Positions 57,003-64,000 of a stretch of 64,000 bases of DNA are shown piece after piece. Position 1 is the stretch's first letter. Every line of letters begins with the position of its first letter. A program made the translations under genes and the position numbers. This stretch comes from a virus. Taxonomy: Duplodnaviria > Caudoviricetes. A model generated the notes under the pieces. The model did no database searches. It saw only the letters and a program-made list of their open reading frames with translations, and had not been told where the DNA came from. The stretch lies in IMG/VR virus record IMGVR_UViG_3300042542_006078; one strand, given 5' to 3'.

Positions 57003-58940
57003 ATGGCAGATATCCAAACACAACTTCCAGTTAAATTAACAGACAACACTAATACAGCCGCAATTACTGCTGGAAGTGCGCTTAAAGTTGACAACTCAAG
57101 CGTCACACAACCTGTTTCAGGTACTGTTGTTGCTTCTCCTACCGGAACTTATACCGTTACTGGTAATCTTACAGCAACATCAGGTGGAACACAAACTGTT
57201 ACAGGTCTTGGCGTTGCTGGCACTGCTGATACTGGAGTTGTAACAATCCAAGGTATTTCTGGAGGTGTTGAAGTTCCTGTTTCTGGAACAGTTACTGCCA
57301 CTCCGAATGGAACATATACTGTTGACGGCACAGTTACCGTTGGTAACTTCCCAGCCACACAAACTGTTGATGGTACTGTTGTTGCATCCCCAACTGGAAC
57401 ATACACAGTTGATGGTACTGTTACAACTAGCCCAAGCGGCACACAAACTGTTGATGGTACAGTTACCGTTGGTAACTTCCCTGCCACACAAACTGTTGAT
57501 GGTACTGTTGTTGCATCGCCAACTGGAACATACACAGTTGCTGGTTCGGTGACAACTAGCCCAAGCGGCACACAAACTGTTGATGGTACAGTTACTATTG
57601 GTAACTTCCCCGCCACACAAACTGTTGACGGCACTGTTGTTGCATCGCCAACTGGAACATACACAGTTGCTGGTTCGGTGACAACTAGCCCAAGCGGCAC
57701 ACAAACTGTTGATGGTACAGTTACCGTTGGTAACTTCCCCGCCACACAAACTGTTGACGGCACAGTTGTTGCATCCCCAACTGGCACTTATACTGTTGCT
57801 GGTTCGGTGACAACTAGCCCAAGCGGCACACAAACTGTTGATGGTACAGTTACCGTTGGCAACTTCCCCGCCACACAAACTGTTGACGGTACAGTTACTG
57901 CTTCACCAACTGGAACATACACAGTTGATGGTACTGTTACTGCAACTCCAACTGGCACTTATACTGTTGCTGGTTCGGTAACAACTAGCCCAAGCGGCAC
58001 ACAAACTGTTGATGGTACAGTTACTGCATCCCCAACTGGAACATACACAGTTGATGGTACAGTTACTGCAACTCCAACTGGCACTTATACTGTTGATGGT
58101 ACAGTTACAACTATCCCAAGCGGCACACAAACTGTTGACGGCACAGTTACTGCTTCACCAACTGGAACATACACAGTTGATGGTACTGTTACTGCAACTC
58201 CAACTGGCACTTATACTGTTGATGGTACAGTTACAACTATCCCAAGCGGCACACAAACTGTTGACGGCACAGTTACCATTGGTAACTTCCCTGCCACACA
58301 AACTGTTGACGGCACAGTTACCGTTGGTAACTTCCCTGCCACACAAACTGTTGATGGTACTGTTGTTGCATCCCCAACTGGAACATACACAGTTGATGGT
58401 ACTGTTACAACTAGCCCAAGCGGCACACAAACTGTTGACGGCACAGTTACTGCTTCGCCAACTGGAACATACACAGTTGCTGGTTCTGTAACCACAAATC
58501 CTAGCGGGACGCAAACTGTTACTGGATCTGGTTCTGCTGGCACTGCTGCTTCTGGCGTAGTAAGCGTACAAGGCATCAACAATGCTTTCCCTCTAAATGT
58601 AAGTGTTCTTTCCCAAACTGGAATTGTTGTTAATTATCAAACTTCTGCCAATGTTGCAAATACCAGCACAGCAACTCTCTCGTATACTGTAACAGCCGGA
58701 AAAACATTGTATGTTAAAGGTGTAATAGCAAGCTCGTCGGGCGCACCTTGCAAAGTTATTGTTGATGGGCCTAGCTCAACTTATGGAGTTGGTTTCTATT
58801 CTGCCGCAATGCCTTATCTTGCTATGAATTTCGTGCAACCTCCAATAGCTACTGCTGGAACAGTTGTGAGCATAAAGATTCAAAATAACGCTGGTTCCGC
58901 ACAAGATGTTTATTGCACAATGATGGGCGAAGAACGCTAA
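57003..58940 (+). CDS. Thr/Val-rich repeat protein, putative virion fibre or decoration
   Basis: About 28 modules such as TVDGTVTVGNFPATQ, TVDGTVVASPTGTY and TVAGSVTTSPSGTQ; SD AGGAG. Confidence 0.75.
   Translation: MADIQTQLPVKLTDNTNTAAITAGSALKVDNSSVTQPVSGTVVASPTGTYTVTGNLTATSGGTQTVTGLGVAGTADTGVVTIQGISGGVEVPVSGTVTATPNGTYTVDGTVTVGNFPATQTVDGTVVASPTGTYTVDGTVTTSPSGTQTVDGTVTVGNFPATQTVDGTVVASPTGTYTVAGSVTTSPSGTQTVDGTVTIGNFPATQTVDGTVVASPTGTYTVAGSVTTSPSGTQTVDGTVTVGNFPATQTVDGTVVASPTGTYTVAGSVTTSPSGTQTVDGTVTVGNFPATQTVDGTVTASPTGTYTVDGTVTATPTGTYTVAGSVTTSPSGTQTVDGTVTASPTGTYTVDGTVTATPTGTYTVDGTVTTIPSGTQTVDGTVTASPTGTYTVDGTVTATPTGTYTVDGTVTTIPSGTQTVDGTVTIGNFPATQTVDGTVTVGNFPATQTVDGTVVASPTGTYTVDGTVTTSPSGTQTVDGTVTASPTGTYTVAGSVTTNPSGTQTVTGSGSAGTAASGVVSVQGINNAFPLNVSVLSQTGIVVNYQTSANVANTSTATLSYTVTAGKTLYVKGVIASSSGAPCKVIVDGPSSTYGVGFYSAAMPYLAMNFVQPPIATAGTVVSIKIQNNAGSAQDVYCTMMGEER
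57290..58530. repeat. Mosaic 42/45-bp tandem repeat array
   Basis: Near-identical DNA units in shuffled order; approximate bounds. Confidence 0.9.
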
Positions 58941-58964
58941 AAGTTGAAAAATAATCTATTACAG

Positions 58965-58995
58965 AAGACCCGTGAATAATTTACGGGTCTTTTTG
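58965..58995 (+). terminator. Intrinsic terminator
   Basis: AAGACCCGTGA...TTACGGGTCTT plus T-run. Confidence 0.8.
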
Positions 58996-59030
58996 TTTAA
59001 TTCTTTCCAAAAAACTCTAAATACAATATC

Positions 59031-59597
59031 ATGGGTGACTTATCAAGAGTTCAAAATTCAATACCAGTTCAACTTGTAGATGCTAATGATTTACAAGTTG
59101 TAGATATTACCACTAATACCCCTAGTGGAACAGAATCTGGTATTGTTGTCAGAAATATTCCAAGCGGAACACAAACTGTCGGAGGAACCATAACTGCTTC
59201 TCCAACAGGAACTTACACGGTTGCCGGATCAGTAACAGCAGTTCCATCTGGAACACAGACTGTAGCAGGGACTGTGACTGCAAGTCCTACTGGCACTTAC
59301 ACAGTAACTCTCGATACAACGAGTTATAAAAGCAAAGGGCTGAACACCTTAAGCACAGTTGCTCCAAATGGAACTGCAACTTCAGTTGTGGCTGTTAATG
59401 CTAATAGAGCAAGTTTATTGATTTATAATTCTGGTTCTGTGACTGTTTATCTTGGACAATCGAATATTGTAACTACATCAGATGGCATCCCTTTACTGCC
59501 AAACGCAAGTCTTGAAGACACAGAAAGCAAAGACTCTTGGTATGCAATAACCGGAGGTTCTACTGGCAATCTTCGTGTTGTAGAAACATCAATCTAA
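59031..59597 (+). CDS. Short paralog carrying the same T/V repeat modules
   Basis: PSGTQTVGGTITASPTGTYTVAGSVT; TAAATA at 59018-59023. Confidence 0.7.
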   Translation: MGDLSRVQNSIPVQLVDANDLQVVDITTNTPSGTESGIVVRNIPSGTQTVGGTITASPTGTYTVAGSVTAVPSGTQTVAGTVTASPTGTYTVTLDTTSYKSKGLNTLSTVAPNGTATSVVAVNANRASLLIYNSGSVTVYLGQSNIVTTSDGIPLLPNASLEDTESKDSWYAITGGSTGNLRVVETSI

Positions 59598-59609
59598 GTA
59601 GGAAAAAAG

Positions 59610-62264
59610 ATGCGAATAAATCAACCACCACTATTTTCAGGGGCAGTAGTCAGCGGATTTATAGGTGACTCTGCTGTAGTTTCTGGTAGTATTGCATCTG
59701 GAAGCATTGGCACCAATCACTTAGCTTCTGGAGTTGTTGTTGGCTTTTTGAATTCTGGAGTTATAACCTCTGGAATGATTGGTGCTGGCGCTGTATTCAA
59801 TAATAATATTGCATCTGGTGGTGTTTTAAGTGGGAAATTAGGCAATAGTTCTGTCCTTTCTGGAAGCATTGGGTCAGGTCAAATAGGAAGAAATCATGTT
59901 TCTTCTGGTGTTTTAGTTCCAACTTATATTTCTGGAACAGCAAATCAAATTCTTGGAATCAATGCTGGAGCAACAGCAAATGAATACAAAACAATTGCTG
60001 CTGCTGGGAATATATCAATCACAAATAATCCAAATCTAGTAACAATTGGAACAACAGGCGATGTTCCTCTTGGATACTACATTTCAGCATATTCAGATGT
60101 AACGCAAACTAATGTTGGATTAGCTTCTGGCAATTTAATGACATACAATAATGTTGCCGAAGCAAATGGAATTTCAGTTAGATCTGGGTCGAATATCGTA
60201 TTTGGATACCCCGGAACTTATAATATTCAGTTTTCAGCACAACTTGAAAAGACAGATGGCGGTTCGGATGATATTGACATTTGGTTAAAATTAAATGGCG
60301 CAAATTTTTTAGATAGCAATACACAAATAACTTTGCCCGTAAATAACGCAAAACTTGTAGCAGCATGGAACTGGGTTTTATCTGTTTCTTCAGGTGATTA
60401 TACAGAAATTGCTTGGTATTCCGCAGATGCTAATACGAGAATACTTGCACAAAATAAAAGCGGAACAATATTACCTGATACTCCTTCTGTCATTTTAACT
60501 GCTGTTCAGGTAATGAACACAAGTGCTTATGGCACAGTGACTAATGTTGATTTAAGTTTGCCTAATCAATTTGTTGTAAGTGGTAATCCAGTAGTTTCTT
60601 CTGGAATATTAAGTGCTGCATGGGCATATCAACCACAAAATACATTCTTAGCTGCTCCTGCAAATACTAGTGGAACTCCAAGTTTCAGAGTTATTTCCTC
60701 TGGTGATCTTATTTCTGGACAAGTAATGTCTGGAAGTATTAGCAGTGGTCAGGTTGGTTCTGTTCATTTAGCTTCGGGAGTTGTTGTTGGATTTTTGACT
60801 TCTGGAGTCATAACCTCTGGAATGATTGGTGCTGGTGCTGTATTCAATAATAATATAGCATCAGGTGGTGTTGGTAGTGGCAAATTATCTGACGGCTCTG
60901 TTTATAATAATATAATTTCATCAGGTGGAATTGGTAGTGGAAAATTAGGAAATGCATCTATAGTTTCTGGAAGTATTGCAAGCGGTCAGGTTGGTTTATT
61001 CCACTTAGCAAGTGGAACTGTATTCTCTGGCACATTCGTTGGTTCTGGAACTGTTCAAAGTGGATCATTAGGAAATTCTTCTGTCTTATCGGGAAGCATC
61101 GCAAGCGGTGTTATTGGTTCTTTTCATTTTGCTGACGGTGCCGTCCTTTCTGGAGATATATCTTCTGGTCAAATTGGTAGAATGCATCTAAGTTCAGGTG
61201 CTGTCAATAGTGGACATTTGGCTACAAATAGTGTTGTTTCTGGAAATATTGCTAGTGGAACAATAACTGGTGGTTCTTCAGGTCAAATTCAGATAAATAA
61301 TGGTGCAGCATTAAATGGTTCATCTAGTTTGACATGGGATGGCACAATTTTAAGTGCAAATCAACTCACACTAACAAACTCAGTGGGAGATGAAGGTGGA
61401 GAAATACTATTAGCTAAAGCACAGACCAACACAACATTAAGTGGTACTGGTGTTACTATAGATCTTTATCAAGATAGATTAAGATTTTTTGAACAAGGTG
61501 GTAGTGCTAGAGGTTTTTATCTTCAAATTACAAGCGGCGGTGGTGGTGTTAGCACAAACATCATGGGAGGCGGCGCTGTTGTGCTACAAAGCGGACAAGT
61601 AACATCTGGATTTATTGGCAATGCCGCTGTAGTAAGCGGAAGCATTGGTAGTGGCAGCATTGGTGTTAATCATTTAATTTCTGGGTTAATTACAACATTA
61701 ACTCTTGGAAGCGGACAAGTAAATAGCGGCAATATTGCTAGTGGCGTAGTTTTCAGATTACTTTCAGGAAATATTACTTCTGGATTTATTGGCGATAATG
61801 CTGTGGTAAGTGGCAGTATCGCAAGTGGGCAGATTGGACAATATCATTTATCAAATAATTCTGTTTTTTCTGGTCATATATCCTCAAGTGAAATTGGTAG
61901 TGTTCATCTTAATTCTGGCGCAGCAATTGGCAATTTATCATCTGGATCAATCAAAAGCGGTGGATGGATACTTGGCGATGGTGTAGTTCAATCTGGCAAT
62001 GTTGCTAGTGGTCTTTTATCTAATTTTACAATAAGTTCAGGATCAATTACTTCTGGTTTAATTGGAAACGCCGCTATTGTAAGCGGAAGCATCGCTAGTG
62101 GACAAATTGGCAAATACAGTTTAACAAGTGGTCTTGTTCCATCTTTTACAATCAATGCAAGCGCCCCATCTAGCCCACTTTATGGTGACAGATGGTTCGA
62201 CACAAATACAGGAACATTACTAACTTATCTTTATGATGGTGCTACAGCACAATGGGTCCAGTAA
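59610..62264 (+). CDS. Ser/Gly-rich repeat fibre protein
   Basis: Repeats of AVVSGSIASGQIG.xHLASG; YNIQFSAQL..VAAWN beta domain; C-terminal GDRWFDT..YLYDG..QWV. Confidence 0.75.
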   Translation: MRINQPPLFSGAVVSGFIGDSAVVSGSIASGSIGTNHLASGVVVGFLNSGVITSGMIGAGAVFNNNIASGGVLSGKLGNSSVLSGSIGSGQIGRNHVSSGVLVPTYISGTANQILGINAGATANEYKTIAAAGNISITNNPNLVTIGTTGDVPLGYYISAYSDVTQTNVGLASGNLMTYNNVAEANGISVRSGSNIVFGYPGTYNIQFSAQLEKTDGGSDDIDIWLKLNGANFLDSNTQITLPVNNAKLVAAWNWVLSVSSGDYTEIAWYSADANTRILAQNKSGTILPDTPSVILTAVQVMNTSAYGTVTNVDLSLPNQFVVSGNPVVSSGILSAAWAYQPQNTFLAAPANTSGTPSFRVISSGDLISGQVMSGSISSGQVGSVHLASGVVVGFLTSGVITSGMIGAGAVFNNNIASGGVGSGKLSDGSVYNNIISSGGIGSGKLGNASIVSGSIASGQVGLFHLASGTVFSGTFVGSGTVQSGSLGNSSVLSGSIASGVIGSFHFADGAVLSGDISSGQIGRMHLSSGAVNSGHLATNSVVSGNIASGTITGGSSGQIQINNGAALNGSSSLTWDGTILSANQLTLTNSVGDEGGEILLAKAQTNTTLSGTGVTIDLYQDRLRFFEQGGSARGFYLQITSGGGGVSTNIMGGGAVVLQSGQVTSGFIGNAAVVSGSIGSGSIGVNHLISGLITTLTLGSGQVNSGNIASGVVFRLLSGNITSGFIGDNAVVSGSIASGQIGQYHLSNNSVFSGHISSSEIGSVHLNSGAAIGNLSSGSIKSGGWILGDGVVQSGNVASGLLSNFTISSGSITSGLIGNAAIVSGSIASGQIGKYSLTSGLVPSFTINASAPSSPLYGDRWFDTNTGTLLTYLYDGATAQWVQ

Positions 62265-62280
62265 AAATTTAGGATAAAAA

Positions 62281-64000
62281 ATGCCAATTAGTTTTCCATC
62301 ATCGCCAACTTCAGGACAGCGTTATGAATTCAGCTTTAATGCTTGGATTTATAATGGTACTTTCTGGCGTTCTACCAACGCCTCTGGCAGCATTACAAGC
62401 GGTCAGTTGGGCGACAATGTTATATTCAGCGGTAATATCGCCTCTGGGCAGATAGGGCAATATCATCTTGCTAGTGGAGTAGGTGGTGGTGGAGGTAGCC
62501 TTACCTCTGGACAAGTACAATCAGGAAATATAGGTAATAATGCTGTCACAAGTGGCAATATCAGTTCTGGTCAGGTGGGACAGTACCACATTGCCAGTGG
62601 AGCAATTGTTCTTTCTTCTGGTCAAGTCCAGTCGGGGAATATTGGCAATAATGCAATATTAAGCGGAAACATCGCTTCGGGTCAAATCAGTTCTTTTCAC
62701 TTAGCAAGTGGAACACTTGAATTAAGTTCTGGGCAGGTCACAAGTGGCGAAATTGGCAATAATGCAGTCTTGAGCGGCAACATCGCTTCTGGTCAGGTGG
62801 GACAATTTCATATTGCAAGCGGAGCAATTGTTTTATATTCTGGACAAATTCAGTCTGGCAATGTGGGCGATAATGCTATATTAAGCGGAAATATCGCTTC
62901 TGGTCAAATTGGTTTTTTTCATGTATCGAGTGGAGCTATTACTGTTTCCTCTGGTCAAGTTCAAAGTGGAAATATTGGCAACAATGCAGTCCTGAGTGGT
63001 TCAATTTCTTCAGGTCAGATAGGTCAATTTCATCTTTCCAGCGGTTCTGTGACAAGTGGAGCCATAGCCTCTGGTCAAATTTTCTCGTTTCACATTGGAA
63101 GCGGCGCTGTTCAAAGTGGACAATTAGGTAGCGGACAAGTAGGATATCCTCACATTGCCTCAGGAGCAATCACATCAGGCAAGCTGGCGGCAGGCGCTGT
63201 GCTGAGTGGAAACTTGGCTTCTGGTCAATTCGGCGGTTTGCATCTTGTCAGTGGCGCTGTGCAGAATTTTCACATACAGTCAGGTCAAATTTTTGATTAT
63301 CATATTTTGTCTGGCGCTGTCATAAGTGGAAAATTATCATTAAACGCAGTTTTAAGTGGAAACATTGCTTCGGGAAATATCGACTGGATTCATATTGCCA
63401 ATGCTGGTGTGAGAAGCGGAAACATAGCCAGTGGTCAAATCGGCGCTCCTCACCTAGCAAGCGGTGCAGTCAGAAGCGGAGCCATAGCATCAGGTCAAAT
63501 TGGACAATTTCACATTTCGTCGGGAGCAATCTCAAGTGGTAAAATAAGTTCAGGATCTATTCTTAGTGGAAATATAGCAAGTGGTCAAATCGGTAGCGGT
63601 CACCTAGCGGCAAGTGTCGTCCTTGGGGCTAATATAAAATCAGGCGATATTAAGTCAGGCATGGTTGCTGACGGCGCTGTATTTAATTTTAACATTGCAT
63701 CAGGTCAAATATTCAACAACAACATAGCATCAGGCGTTATCTTTAACACAAATTTGGGATCAGGTTCTGTAACAAGCGGTGCCATAGCATCTGGTCAAAT
63801 TGGACAATTTCATCTTGCCAACAACTCTGTTAGAAGTGGAAATATTGCCAGCGGTCAGGTCGGTGGTTTCCATATTTCATCAGGAACTTTTATAAGCGGT
63901 GTAATTGCAAGTGGAATTATAGGGTCGATTCACCTAAGTTCAGGAGCCTTGTCAAGTGGTCAAATCGGCAGTGGTCAGATAGGTACATTCCATCTTGCGA
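62281..64000 (+). CDS. Ser/Gly-rich repeat fibre protein, truncated by the window end
   Basis: MPISFPSSPTSGQRY..W.YNGTFW start, then AVLSGNIASGQIGQFH(L/I)ASG repeats; no stop seen, so absent from the ORF track. Confidence 0.75.
   Translation, partial: MPISFPSSPTSGQRYEFSFNAWIYNGTFWRSTNASGSITSGQLGDNVIFSGNIASGQIGQYHLASGVGGGGGSLTSGQVQSGNIGNNAVTSGNISSGQVGQYHIASGAIVLSSGQVQSGNIGNNAILSGNIASGQISSFHLASGTLELSSGQVTSGEIGNNAVLSGNIASGQVGQFHIASGAIVLYSGQIQSGNVGDNAILSGNIASGQIGFFHVSSGAITVSSGQVQSGNIGNNAVLSGSISSGQIGQFHLSSGSVTSGAIASGQIFSFHIGSGAVQSGQLGSGQVGYPHIASGAITSGKLAAGAVLSGNLASGQFGGLHLVSGAVQNFHIQSGQIFDYHILSGAVISGKLSLNAVLSGNIASGNIDWIHIANAGVRSGNIASGQIGAPHLASGAVRSGAIASGQIGQFHISSGAISSGKISSGSILSGNIASGQIGSGHLAASVVLGANIKSGDIKSGMVADGAVFNFNIASGQIFNNNIASGVIFNTNLGSGSVTSGAIASGQIGQFHLANNSVRSGNIASGQVGGFHISSGTFISGVIASGIIGSIHLSSGALSSGQIGSGQIGTFHLA

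Noticed and set aside
57149-58582. Multiple antisense and alternate-frame ORFs within the T/V repeat gene
   Set aside because: They arise from stop-free repeat units
1-64000. CRISPR array
   Set aside because: All tandem repeats are in-frame coding repeats without unique spacers; no cas genes seen
1-64000. Stop-codon reassignment (code 15 or 4)
   Set aside because: Coding density is high under code 11, and conserved genes end at TAG or TGA without fragmentation
1-64000. tRNA or rRNA genes
   Set aside because: Intergenic gaps are short and I saw no cloverleaf or T-loop signature; tRNAscan was not run

Overview
The window is 64 kb of a large, AT-rich, gene-dense T4-like myovirus (jumbo/huge phage). 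It uses the standard code, with TAA, TAG and TGA all acting as stops. It carries morphogenesis genes (gp13-, two gp14-, gp15-like proteins, tail sheath, two tail tubes, gp26/gp51-like hub chaperones, repeat-rich fibres), a gp55-like late sigma factor, recombination and nucleotide genes (SbcCD/gp46-47, RecD/Dda helicase, resolvase, NrdAB, PyrG, NUDIX, class-II amidotransferase), a MoxR-VWA pair, and about nine dispersed glycan-modification genes. Main observations beyond the ORF track: (1) a predicted -1 ribosomal frameshift fusing the gp26-like gene to an unannotated, start-less gp51/T-like ORF; (2) about 10 unrelated ORFs sharing an N-terminal peptide like the T4 capsid-targeting sequence, suggesting a large head-packaged protein cargo; (3) a TANATA late-promoter box that sits 3-5 nt before many ATGs (leaderless mRNAs) and is the palindromic TATATA at five divergent junctions; (4) a recurrent CCGTC-N7-GACGG leader element; (5) genes that need ATT or CTG starts; (6) a possible virion-fibre glycosylation/sulfation system. 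All family assignments come from motif recognition by eye; no searches were run. No tRNA, rRNA or CRISPR array was seen, and the host is unknown.
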